A stretch of 63,727 nucleotides of DNA, counting the filler, from Rhabdomonas costata (lineage: Eukaryota): assembly GCA_019059605.1 (NCBI GenBank). It is 31 parts of 31 records of this genome, joined end to end, with 100 filler letters (N's around TTAATTAATTAA, not from the genome) between each part and the next. Parts side by side here need not be neighbours in the genome. Positions count along the whole stretch, not along the records: positions 10,305 to 12,264 come from JAHMHO010006967.1; positions 12,365 to 14,314 come from JAHMHO010006968.1; positions 14,415 to 16,374 come from JAHMHO010006969.1; positions 16,475 to 18,434 come from JAHMHO010006970.1; positions 18,535 to 20,494 come from JAHMHO010006971.1; positions 20,595 to 22,553 come from JAHMHO010006972.1; 25 more parts are not named here. One strand, written 5' to 3'. The notes under the pieces were generated by a model. The model did not search any database and was not told the origin of the DNA. It saw only the letters and a program-made list of their open reading frames with translations. A program made the translations under genes and the position numbers. Shown here one piece after another: positions 10,548-22,059 of the stretch (its first letter is position 1; every line of letters starts with the position of its first letter).

Positions 10548-12135
10548 CTGGATATCATCCAGCACGGCGACGTCGCGGGTATTGTGAGGGTCCACAATGC
10601 TTTGCCGGAAGTCCCCGGCCAGGGTATTGTTGAACAGCACCCGAGGGCAAGTGCCCGGCACCATCTGGGTAAGCATGGCGAAGGGGTGCACCGTCAGCGA
10701 GGTGCCCATCACTGGAAAGGAGAGGAAAGAGAATACCAACCCGTCTGAGGTGGGGCGTGTTGGTAGTTAGGGTAAGGGTGCCAACCACCGAACACCGATG
10801 CACACGTTTTTCGTTGACATTTATTTAAGTTCGGATCATTCTTCCCGAACTGGTAGCATGGGCAGCAGGGAGTAAACGCACATGCAGAAAAGCCCCCCCC
10901 AAAAAAAGGGGGCAGATTCTTTCATTGTGGGTGCGATTAGCTTTGCGCCAGAGGGAGAAAAAACCGTAAAGGTGCACCAAAACAGCAAACAGCCGTTCCC
11001 CCTACCTAGCAGAAGGTCACAGTCGTCGAAGTCGCGCTGCACCAGTCGGATGAACCGCTCGGGCATGCTGTGTCCACAAAAGTGGAATCAGACCTCTGCG
11101 GCCGACCAGCAAAGATGCAAATCCAGCACAGGGTGTCCATTCAGTTGCACCCCACATGTCGGGTCACTGGATTCCAACAGTGGATTGCTGCGATGAGTGA
11201 GCCGGTATGCCGGAGTGTGGGTTTCAGAATTTGCTTTCGAAGTGAAGTTAACGGTTGAATTTTAGGGTACTGGAAAGTAGAGGGCTATCGAAGCTGAATC
11301 GAAGCTGAAAGCTTAAATATCTTGCACCGATGCGCTGCGTCAAGGAAGAATCGGATGCACCTCCGTCATCCACCCAAAAGGCGCTCTTCATCCTCCCAAC
11401 CCTGAGCTGTGGGTGAAATACCTCTCCCCAAAGAACACGATGTCGGGCTTGATCAGCGAGCCGGTCTCCTTGTCCCGGATGTCCGTCTCTCCGGCGTCAA
11501 GCCGCGCCTTGATCTCCTCAATCGGCACGGCCTTGTGCGGAGGGTCAATGGTATGGGTGGTGGCGAACGTCCCTGTGTGGGTGTATCGGGAACATCCGAT
11601 CAAAGATGCACTGGATCTCTCAGGTTCGAATTAAGAAAAAAAATGCACACACACCTACCTGCATTCAGACTGTCCTGAAGCAGAGCGGGTTGCCAGCAGG
11701 TTGATCGCACCACCAGAGAGGAGAAGATAGTTGACGAGAATAGTCGAGAGAGACCTTCACCTTTCCAAAACCTTACCTGACAACCTCGCCCCCTTGAGCA
11801 TAGGCATCACACGGAGGACAGAATTATAGCGCACTGGTTCAGTATCAGCAACAGTATGCCAGAACCAATCCAGCCATCCAGAATATTAATGAAGCCAGCT
11901 CCCAACGAGGCAGAGACACTTCCTACAACCACAAAGACAAAAGTAATGGGACAGGAAGCCTCGGCTCGACAAACGCCGAAGGCCAGGGACCAGAGGACTT
12001 TGATCAGCCAGCCCCGTTACGCACTGACCCACAAGCAGACAGTATACCATGGCACTCCATCAGCAGCTCTGGGTTGATCTTCGCCGCACGCTCCAGGCAG
12101 TCAATGTTCTGCGTGTAGTTCCGGCGCAGGACGCC
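10548..12135 (-). CDS. SIR2: Sir2-family NAD-dependent deacylase (class I, SIRT2/3-like), partial; exons 12135-12048, 11572-11422, 11067-11006, 10711-10548
   Basis: Spliced motifs RNYTQNIDCLER..ECHG|TFAT..KPDIVFFGE|SMPERF..DCDLLL|VMGTSLTVHPFA..PRVLFN. All joins are GT-AG and in frame. Confidence 0.95.
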
Positions 12136-13058
12136 CTGGGAGTGGAAAAGCAACAGCTTTATCGTTCTCGTCAGGATTCCACCTGAGGGGAAACGACGCC
12201 ATTCGGGTCATCGATCTCCCGGACCCTGCATCATCACAATGGGGCAACACGTCTAAAACCCCCCNNNNNNNNNNNNNNNNNNNNNNNNNNNNNNNNNNNN
12301 NNNNNNNNTTAATTAATTAANNNNNNNNNNNNNNNNNNNNNNNNNNNNNNNNNNNNNNNNNNNNTGTGTGTGTGGTGTTTTTGCTCTTCGCGTGTCGTTC
12401 AACTCTTGTTGGGAAACTTCAGTTGAGACAGGAATTATCGTTCTCAGCAAACATCAGACACAGAGCAAAGAAATAGAAGGGGATTCCCCGATGAAAGAGT
12501 GGCTTTGTTAACTTTGTTGCCTTCGGAGGAGATATATACATTGAGAGGGGGAGATTTGGCTCGAATGGGAGCGTTCGGTTGTGGGAAAGAGTGACGAGAG
12601 TGTGTGAGGTATAATCGATCAGAGAAGGGTGCGAGAGAACCATGCTATCAATTCTTCTTTTTGGGCTCCTACGCCCTGCACTCTGGATCTCACTGGGAAT
12701 GAAAAGGCAACTCACCACCGATCTCACTTCCACCAATTCGAAATTTTGCCCGAATTGTAGCAGCGAGGAAACGCCGCCGCCCAGAAAAAAGCCGCTATCG
12801 CGAGTTTGAGAGAACAAGAAACTGAGCACGCCTCAACTCATGATTGACTCCCTCTTCTTGCTCATGAGGTTGAGCCTCAGGTATTGGAATTGAAGGGTGA
12901 CCACAAACTCCTGCGACAGTCTCGAACAGCCCTCATTCACGCCCAAAAGCGATGAAAAAATTTGTTGCAAAGAAGAGCATAGGCTCTGGTCTTTCTTTTC
13001 ACTTTCATTCCTTTGCAAGAATTTGCGTGCAATTGTGCAATCTGATTTTGCTCTTCAG

Positions 13059-13399
13059 GACTTTGTGCGGGATGAAAGGATGCGTCTGAGCCGGATGCAG
13101 GCATGTTATGGGTACTGGTTTCCCACCAAGTACAACATTGAAAAGAAGATCCTTCATGGAGTGCAGCGGTTCTTGTGTCGTACTTTACCCTCACATTTTG
13201 TCACATTTTGGTTTGGTTTGGTGAATTTTTTTGCTTTTGATTCTTCGTGTGTTGCAGCCTGGGTGGTCTTGAGTCCTCCCACGTTGGATTGGACTTCTAC
13301 ACTGGAGAACTTCACAATCTCCGTGCTGAAGACTACCTGAACATTCCAGCAAATGACGCGCGAATTTCTACTCCGTTTCACTCAGTCATGGAACAAAAG
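13059..13399 (+). CDS. Hypothetical protein, internal exons 13059-13168 and 13258-13399
   Basis: AG/GT-bounded exons join in frame: DFVRDERMRLSRMQACYGYWFPTKYNIEKKILHGVQR|LGGLESSHVGLDFYTGELHNLRAEDYLNIP..MEQK|GTAA. Confidence 0.55.
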
Positions 13400-13619
13400 G
13401 TAACTTTGTTACGTTTTATCTTGTTTCTCGCTAAATCTTGTAAAGGTGAGCCTCCGCACTCCTAATTTGTCCCAGATTCTCGGTGAATCCATCCAAGCGG
13501 ATTTTCGCGCGTGAACCTGGCGGCTTTTTGGAGGCTCAGGACTGACGATTTTTTGGCGGACTTCTTGCTCTTTGCCTTGGGCTTTGTTCTTGGGAGCTTG
13601 AACTTGGTGCAATTGGATC

Positions 13620-14314
13620 AACTGTGTACTGTTCGGTGTGTGTGTTCTTCTTGTTGCATATGTGCAGGGTGTTGGGTTTTGGGGTTCGTTGTAGTGGTAT
13701 CGCGTATGATAGGGTATGGTATGTTGCGTGTGCTGTAGCGGTTGATGTTGGAGTAGGTTGGTGTGGGTGTGGGTGGGTTGGATCATGTTGTAGGGTTTGC
13801 TTTGCTAGGCATTGTGCGTTTCTGGTGACTTCTTGGGTTGGGGTGTGGGTGTTTTGCTTGTTGGTTCGGCAGATCGATTGCGTAGGTGAGCTCTTGGTAT
13901 TCTTGGCCTTCCGGTGGGTGTTTGGGTGTGTGGTTTAGTATGGCTTTGATGGCGTTGGGTCTTAATATGTGTGTGCGTGCGTTATTCGTGTATTCTATGG
14001 GTTAGGTTTAGGGTTCTGTGTCGGAGTTTAATGATAAGGGTAAGCAGTCGGAGTATGTGTCTGTAGCTGTTTTTGTGGTGCTAGGGTTGGTGTCGGTGTT
14101 GGTGTTGCTGTCTATGATGTGCGTTGCGTTGGTTCGTTGGGTTGGTGCGTTGGACCAATTGGGTTCTGTGTCATTGTGTCTGAGGGTGTGGTGGTGTGCG
14201 TTGCCTTGGTTGTTGGTGTTGGGTGCTGGTGCTGTGCTTGGTGGGTGTTGATGCTGTGTCTGTCTATGTGGTTGTGGTGTTGGTTTAGTGGGTCTGTGTG
14301 TCTGTGTGTCTGTG
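13620..14314. repeat. G/T-skewed low-complexity tract
   Basis: Strongly depleted in A and C on the + strand, with no clean period. Confidence 0.85.
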
Positions 14315-14556
14315 NNNNNNNNNNNNNNNNNNNNNNNNNNNNNNNNNNNNNNNNNNNNTTAATTAATTAANNNNNNNNNNNNNNNNNNNNNNNNNNNNNN
14401 NNNNNNNNNNNNNNAAGGCAATCAGCGACAGTCCATTCAGGAATTGGGATAGGGTACTTCTCCCTTCCTCCGATTCTTTGATTTCAAACTTAATGTAATA
14501 ACTGCAAACAATTCACACCCATTCCCAGCATGAGAGATGACTCGCAAAGAAAAGAC

Positions 14557-15399
14557 CTTGAGACCCTTCAGCTCACGAGCGTACTCCAGGATGTGCAGAG
14601 TACTCAGTACATTGTTGGTAACGAAGGGCGCGGGCTCCGCGATGGAGTTGTCCACGTGAGTCTCCGCAGCCATGTGCACAATAAACTCCACGTCGGGGCC
14701 TATCTCATACTTGATTCCAGCCTAAGAGGGAAGGGAGACAGGCACCCCCACCCTCCCCAGGCTGCTGCAGCGGATGGCATAGATGGCAGTGGGGTGGGAT
14801 GACGTTCTCAGTCAAATGAACGTACGAACGGTGGGCTCAAAAGGGTCAAAAGCGGACGATTCCTGGGGGTCCCAAACGATGCTGATAAACAAAGACTTGG
14901 AATGGGGTGGAACTGAGACTCTTCAACGCTCCGTTTCAATAATCCCCACAGAAAAATCTACCCTCGTTTTGTGCCATCCGCATATTCTTCTTCGTTTTCC
15001 TTGGCAACAGCACCAGGATATTGAGTGCACATGAACACACTGCATTAAAGCGTAGCGCACGATGATGGAACACGGTTATGCCAAAAGTCGCGCAATAAAT
15101 GCAACAAAAAAAACGAACAAACGTCAATCACGTACCGACAAGGGGCGGCATAAATTGACACAGAAACACATCACTCGATCCATAATTCCCGTGTCTCTCA
15201 GCCTGTCCATGCCCTGGCTGGCGTAGGTGAGCTTATCCAGCACCACAATTTCGTTCTGCGGGCGGTTCAGTACGAAATGTTCAACCATGTGGTGCCCAAT
15301 GAACCCGCAGCCCCCAGTGAGGAGGATCTTCGGCCGTGAGGCCACCTCCACAACTGCGGGGGCAGAGCCTTCGCTGCCAGAAATTTCCTCCCCCTGCAT
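14557..15399 (-). CDS. rmlB: dTDP-glucose 4,6-dehydratase (RmlB/TGDS-type extended SDR), 5' part; exons 15399-15136 and 14721-14557
   Basis: KILLTGGCGFIG..VVLDKLTYA..PLS|AGIKYEIGPDVEFIVHMAAETHVDNSIAEP..NNVLSTLHILEYAR, containing GxxGxxG, DKLTYA and HxAAETHVDxS motifs. GT-AG intron. Confidence 0.93.
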
Positions 15400-16035
15400 A
15401 ACCGCTCTGTGCCTTCGGGTTTTCGTAACAATAAGTCCAAAGACTATTCCAAATAGAACAGATGACCCGGTACTGTAATAAAAATCCGCATCACACAATC
15501 GCCCACCAAATCCAGAGAAAGTCGAAAAGAAGCAAAGAGCACAGCAGCATTAGGGATTTATCACAGTCCGAGGAAGTCCCATAGGGTCCTTCAGTCCTCT
15601 CTGCCCCCCAAATTCATAATCTCTCAAAAACTCTCTCTGTCTCTTAAATTCAAATTCAAAGTCAGTCAGCGGTGCCCAGCCAATTCTACGACGTTACTGC
15701 GTTATAACGGGTTTTTTTCATGGAAATCGGAACATGGGCATGCCCGTACAAACGGGGTGCCAATAGAACAGCGGGACGGCGCACCCTGCAAATCTTAGTC
15801 ACGAAAAAGATATAACGGATACAGATAATCCATGCACGTCCTCGTTTCAGATCAGGAGCTCCCACTGACATCAGTATACTAAAATGTCCAGATGGAAGAG
15901 CAAGCTAATCTGTAAAAAAAGGAAGTACAGTCTGCATCCACAGTCCCGTGCGATGTGGGCGACAAAAACAACAAAAACAACAAAAACAACAAAAACCGCG
16001 AGCTTGCCAGTTAAGGGGATTGAGCAAGCTGCTCT

Positions 16036-16374
16036 TCAGGGAGGGTGGTTCTCCAAGCAAACTTCAACCACTTCACCCGGCAAGTCGTCGGGTCGTAGCA
16101 CAACCCCCAGGGGCGACAGAGCTGGTGGCTGTTGTCCCTTCACCACATCAAACACAATATCCTCAAGAGCAGGGCAATCCAAAGCCGATGGTGGAGCGCA
16201 ACGCTCAGAAGATAAAACCAGGACGGGGTCAATGCCCGCCACATGGGGGACTGTTAGCTTCTCGCGCTCGAGTTCAAGGGATTCAGCAGGAAAAACCACA
16301 AGCGTAACCAGTTCCAAAGTCTCAGCATCCGGTACGCCATCGTCGCAGGGAAGCAAGCTTCTAGAAACGACACA
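16036..16374 (-). CDS. Probable 3' end of a hypothetical protein gene upstream of the dehydratase
   Basis: Frame is open from the contig edge to a stop at 16036, with protein-like composition (..DAETLELVTLVVFPAESLELEREKL..VCLENHPP*). Confidence 0.45.
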   Translation of the reverse strand, partial: CVVSRSLLPCDDGVPDAETLELVTLVVFPAESLELEREKLTVPHVAGIDPVLVLSSERCAPPSALDCPALEDIVFDVVKGQQPPALSPLGVVLRPDDLPGEVVEVCLENHPP

Positions 16375-16639
16375 NNNNNNNNNNNNNNNNNNNNNNNNNN
16401 NNNNNNNNNNNNNNNNNNTTAATTAATTAANNNNNNNNNNNNNNNNNNNNNNNNNNNNNNNNNNNNNNNNNNNNGGTGGTGGTTTTATCAAGAACATACC
16501 ATATTTGCAAAGAGTGCTGCTCCTGAAAAAACCGACTCGGTCCTGACTCAGTCGACGTAATTACCCATGTGCACCCTTTAAATACGATTCTCTGCAACGC
16601 AGACTCGCCCCATCACACACTCACAACATTGGGTACAAA

Positions 16640-18078
16640 CTGGAGGACGAGTGGTCCCGGCGTCGGCGGTACGGAGACAGCCGTAAAGCTCGAAGCAGGA
16701 CAGCACGAGAGCGTGGGTGCCACGGCTGTTTCCAGGGCTATCAATTCGGACGGCAAAGTGTTGATAGAACGGCTTCGATTCGGGGCCCTTGCTCACATGG
16801 AAGGCAGCAAAGGGCACCGACGTGCACAGGGTTTGGTCGTCGCGGTGGACTTGTATGTCCTGCCACGTCTGCAGACATACATTAAAAGGAGCAATTCGCC
16901 CATCCGTTGCAGCAAGAATTTGCAATTTGCTTTTCCAGCGTCAGATACACATGATACGTAGGCATTGCAGCCCTTTACACACAATTCAATGCAAAACTAA
17001 GGTTGCTAGCACGGGAGACCTGCCGCCTTGCAAAACTGTTCTTCAAAATATATTACATATCCACGGACCATGCTACTCAGGTGAAGGACCCCATTTGTCG
17101 CGTGGCAGCCCACCCTGCTTTCCAGGAAACCCAAACCTTTCCATCCACGGACCCCCTCAAGGTCCAGTTTCTCATAAAGAACTCGAGGAAGACCCCTGGC
17201 CGGAGCCGGTTGGCTCGGTGGGCCATGGTGTACGCCGTCACCTGCACTGCATGGGATGGACCCAGGTCGACCACTACAGAGGTGCTCCAGTCCGGGCGCC
17301 GGGTGCCGTCCCCTGCCCAGCAGATCTGGCTGTCAAACTCAGGCTCCACAATGTTTCTGGCAGAGCCCTCGACAAAGCTGCCCTCTGGGAAGGTGCTGAC
17401 CTGCGCATTTGCAGTTTATCCCCAGAACCACCAAGAACGGGAAAACTACGGCCTCCCCTGGCCACTAACCAAAGAAACCGCAAAGAAGACCCGCCACACA
17501 AAACACCGCTAACCGCTGACGCTTGGTGGTGGAGACTCGAAAAAACTTACACCTCAGAATGTTTGGTTCTACGAAAAGTTTTCAACTTTCCAGCACAAGG
17601 CATTGTTATTGGAGGATTGTTATCTTCTAGTGGGCTTTCCAATACTCTCCCGCTGCCTAGCCGCTTCTCGGGTGCGGATCACCGCTCTGCTGCTGGGGTT
17701 CTTGGTTTTCTTGGTCTCGTCAGGCTTGACTGTTTCTTGGACTCGAGCTGCACCTCCAGGCTGGCCTTCACAGCCAGCTCCTCGTTCTGCTTCCTGTCCG
17801 CTCTTCTCCTCAACCTCTACGCGCAAACTGTGCAGGGGTGATTTTTCCACGGGAGGACTAAAATTCCCCTTTCCACCTCTGTTGCCCTCCCATTTCTGTC
17901 GTAAGAAGCCCACATTCAACCAGTGAGGACGGCGTTCAGCTTAGAGTGGACACAAGCTCACCCACGTAGGATAGCAAAGCGCAGCTTTCCACCTTCACGA
18001 CTCCCTCGTCAACCGGGTTCCTCCACGGTTTTCGGCCGTTTCCACAGGCGAGGAAAAAGATGATCCCCCGGCAGTCCC
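16640..18078 (-). CDS. Discoidin/SUN-like beta-sandwich domain of the type found in HECTD1 and BTB-BACK proteins; exons 18078-17993, 17400-17137, 16868-~16640
   Basis: DCRGIIFFLAC..PWRNPVDEGVVK|VST..VVVDLG..VTAYTM..MRNWTLRGSVDGK|TWQDIQVHRDD..YQHFAVR..LVLSCFELYG, with in-frame GT-AG joins. Confidence 0.85.
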
Positions 18079-18534
18079 CTGCACGAACAGCAGAGATACA
18101 TCCATATTAGTTCAGATCAGTTCACAGTAATGGTTATTCGAATTTTCGCGCATCCAGACAACCCGGCTACCATTATTCGTGACGGTGCACATCCACTAAA
18201 TAATAGCACATCGACAGCAAAGAAGGGAGAACGACGTCTGGGGAAAACCTGCGCTCACTGACCAGGCAGTAACCATGTCCCATCGATAACCCCTCCAACC
18301 ATTTCAAAATATGCACCCAAGGGTCCAAGAATCACGAGGGTACCGAGTGAGGCTTGGGGTATACAGAGGGCCACCGGCAGGTAGGTGAGTATGCGTAGGC
18401 GGCTTATGCCGGGGGAGCATACGAACCACCACAANNNNNNNNNNNNNNNNNNNNNNNNNNNNNNNNNNNNNNNNNNNNTTAATTAATTAANNNNNNNNNN
18501 NNNNNNNNNNNNNNNNNNNNNNNNNNNNNNNNNN

Positions 18535-19935
18535 GGTGGGTTGTCCCGGCCCGAGAAGGGGGTGAGGGCGTTAACCTTGGTCCAGGTCGCCCCTTCAGGG
18601 CTGCTCCAGACCTGAGAACCACACAACCGGTATCTTTTCCGGAAAGGGGGCGGGGGTTTGGTTAGCTATCAATTATTGGCTATCAAAGAAAGCCTCAAAT
18701 GGTTTCCAGCGATTACGGAATAATGGGCTACATGTGCCAGCTCCCTCCTGCTTTTTTCAGACCAGGTGATCGCAGGTGGTTCAGACCAGGTGATTTCCAA
18801 ATAGCATAAGTAGCCAGGACTTTCCGCCCCTGTAGTCTGCGTACGTCAGTGCTACAACCTTATATCTGTTGCATAGCTTCGGCCATGCAACCTTCCTTCC
18901 TTCCAGTCTTTTCAAACGATTGGTGCTGAGGTGCTGGTAATGAGCGCCTGTTGCTCGACAAAGGAAACTCAGGAATTATGTGAATACCGCAAAAGTGATA
19001 AATTGCGTCTCGAGTTCACTTTGGATTTTGCAGGATACCACACTTTCTGGATATGCGAAGCGCAACTGAAGTCACTCTGTCCCACTCTCTCTCTCTCTTC
19101 TTGCGCAGAAAAGCTCCCGGGTGGGGAGAAAAAACTCAGACATTGCGGAAAATAGGAGTTCAAAGAGAGGAAAAAAACCTAAATATACCAGTATCCGACC
19201 TAAATGTAGCAGTAATCCTTTTCTAGCATAAATGTTCACAATTGGAAAAAAAACCTACGTGTGGATGCGCACAGCCCATTACACTGGTTGAGGAAAAAGC
19301 AAGAGGGGAGGTGCATATGCTCACGTCGGACTGCCATCCACCGTTCACCACCCACATCTTCTGATTGAACACGGCGAAGCCAAAGAACATCCGCGCCGAG
19401 AAGATCGGAGCTTGAACCGCCACTTGATTCCAGCTGCTGGTCGCTCCCGTTGGGCTGCTCCAGACGTCGCTGAGAAGGCCGGAGTTGGAGGCGGTAGTGG
19501 CACCTGCGACCACCCAGACTTTGTCAGCAAACACCACGGAGCCGTGGCCGTACCGGGCAGAGAAGCTTCCCGTCCCTGTGTTCAGCTGCGACCAGCTGGA
19601 GCCTGTGGTGCTGCTCCAGACGTCGTTATAAATCGCTGAATATCCAGAGGTCGTTCCGCCCAGCACAAGCACGAGGGAGTCCCAGACCACACAAGAGTGG
19701 GCCCAACGGGCTGAGAAGCCAGCACCGCTGGTGAGCTGGCTCCAGTGAATTCCGTCTGAGCTGCCCCAGACGTCGTTCAGCGCCACGCTGCTGCCGTAGT
19801 AGGTGGGCGAAGGAAGCTGGCCACCTCCGATCACCAGTAGCTGGCCCTTGAGCACCACGGAGCAGTGCCCAGAGCGGGCGGACCAGGAGGCCGCAGAGGT
19901 GAGAGTACTCCAGGAAAACGAGGAAGTCACGGGGC
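18535..19935 (-). CDS. Kelch-like beta-propeller repeat protein, partial; exons 19935-19325 and 18611->18535
   Basis: Repeats of (W/F)SARxGHxxVV..(L/W)VxGG..NDVWSSxDG..W, with in-frame join WQSD|VWSSPEGATW. Confidence 0.88.
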
Positions 19936-20929
19936 CTATGGATAAAAATGGGTATATTCGATAAACAACGCTGAACCTTTTGATGTGAAGTCAACGAGGG
20001 AACAGGAAATCGAAGAAGTCAAAGAGTCTACGGACGGCCCTTTGACGCATCTGATAGAAACCACACAACTATTCATTTCGGGCGTTTACGTGAGTCCCAC
20101 TCACCCCTGCCAGCCGCGCGCGTGGTCCATCTGTAAAAAACTGTTCGGGCCATTGTTCTCAGACAGATGCCTTCATACACCTGGTCAAAAACTCGGTAAG
20201 TCTCGTTCCTCTGCACACGATCTCCACCAAAAAACCAACGCTCCGGGGGAGAGAAATAAGCACTTCGCAAACCCTGGAAAGTTGACTTGAATTGACTTGA
20301 ACCAAAACATCTGGCGATGATAATCAGTCACCAAGATAATAACTGAAGCCTTGGTAATGGGTCATGGGATAGGTGCTCGATAACGAAGAGGGGAGCTGGA
20401 ATGCCCTCAGAGAATGAAGAACAGTATCTCGGAGGAGTTAGAAGTTTCGCGTTTGCCCCTAGTGATGATAATTATCAGGCATACCCACCAAAACNNNNNN
20501 NNNNNNNNNNNNNNNNNNNNNNNNNNNNNNNNNNNNNNTTAATTAATTAANNNNNNNNNNNNNNNNNNNNNNNNNNNNNNNNNNNNNNNNNNNNTGTGTG
20601 TGGGAAATTAACTGCTGTGTTGCGGTTGTGAGCACAATGCAGGGCATTGATGTGTTCGCTCCCTCTGGCTTCTCATGTTTCCACATGCCTCTCGTATACC
20701 CGGTCGTTTTCGCCCTTGCCTACAACGTCGCCGAAGAAAAGAGTTGGGCTCCGAGACCTAGGGAGGCATCCCCGAACGCATTCTCCCCTTCAAATGCGTT
20801 TGCCCCAAGGCGTGCCACTTACCTGTTCGCTTTGGTCACCTCCAGACCACTTATTAGTACAGGTCAGGTTTGTTTGTTTTTTCGGTGGATGAAGCAATCG
20901 GAACTGGTAAGCTTTTCTGCGTGTTATAG

Positions 20930-21852
20930 AGATCGCCCTCATCGCTGCATGGACAGTTGCTCTCTGAGCAACAACTCCGAGGCAGATTTGAGCAGGTATG
21001 TCTCGTCCACCTTTGGTCGCAACACGCTTATGATTCTGTGATGCTGTTTTTAGACCGCTGTTTTGCTAGGTCGCGTTAGGGTTTTTAATTGTTTTTTTTT
21101 TTACGGTTTTTACGTGGCAAGTGCCCTGCACAACTATGTGAGCAAGGGATACAGATGGAATAGAAATGCAGACAGGGCCGCTACCTCTGCAGGGGGTTAT
21201 TTATGGGTACGTTGAGGTCAAGGGTTCTGGCGGGCGTGTTCTGTTTGGTGCCTGGTAGTTATCTTTGTTCTTTTGACCCTCAACGCAGGAACTTTCCCTG
21301 GCCAATCGCCGGATTCTGGAGCTGGAGTCTCTTTTGACCTCCGCCCAGGTACACGCTCATTGCCACGTCTGCTTCAGCTGCACCCTTTGTGAAAGTGCGT
21401 GGGTGTTCGCACCGCAGGAACAGAAATCCAAAGTGGTGGTTTTGGTTTTTCTTTTCTATGCAATGGCCAATTCGTTGCAGATGTATGCCCCCATGTGGTC
21501 CTAAGGGAACGTTTCAACGTTGGTTGAGCCTTTTTTAAGCCTCTTTAGCATTTCCGCCATCCTGATGTCACCCCCGCCTTTATGTCACATAGGTACAAGA
21601 TATACAGATGGCACGGGTGATAATCCTGGTTGGCTGTCCCCATTCTCGGGATCCACGGATCCCGGTGGATCCCTGATCCGTGGACCCCGGTGGTTCCTGT
21701 GCGCTCCTTCTGTTCTCGCTCCAAAGGTTGACCCGCGGCTCCTGCATGAGCAAGTCCACCCCACTGTCAGTGAGGTCATGCCTCCGCCTGGTGGTGGTGG
21801 TGTCCCCGCTCCTCCTCCTTCTCTGCCTCCTCCGTCTTCTGTCGGAGACAAG
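20930..21852 (+). CDS. Coiled-coil/Pro-rich hypothetical protein; exons 20930-20995, 21289-21348, 21727-~21852
   Basis: Phase-0 exons: SLHGQLLSEQQLRGRFEQ|ELSLANRRILELESLLTSAQ|VDPRLLHEQ..PPPGGGGVPAPPP. Confidence 0.55.
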
Positions 21853-22059
21853 GCCTTAGTGGTTTGCCTGTGTGACCCCGCCCTTTTTTTTTTGGTTGAT
21901 GGTTTTGATCGAACCCCGGTCTACGTTCACTGTTCAGGACCCCGAGGAGGAGAGCGGTGAACTTGGGATGAAGACAATCAACCAGTGTCAACCACAGCGA
22001 TGCCCCTAAAAAAAACACCAGCCCCCTCCCTTCCTACACAGAAGTTAAAGGGTTTCATT

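Noticed and set aside
11770-11950. Strong CAG|GTAAGG donor (-) and a plus-strand open segment inside the sirtuin intron as another nested exon
   Set aside because: No consistent acceptor-ORF-donor unit could be built, so it is too weak to count.
12419-13018. Adjacent in-frame ORFs separated by one TGA, suggesting stop-codon reassignment
   Set aside because: The translation is not protein-like, and recognisable genes elsewhere translate normally with the standard code and contain no in-frame stops.
16789-17841. 350-aa plus-strand ORF
   Set aside because: It is the antisense shadow of the discoidin-domain exons.
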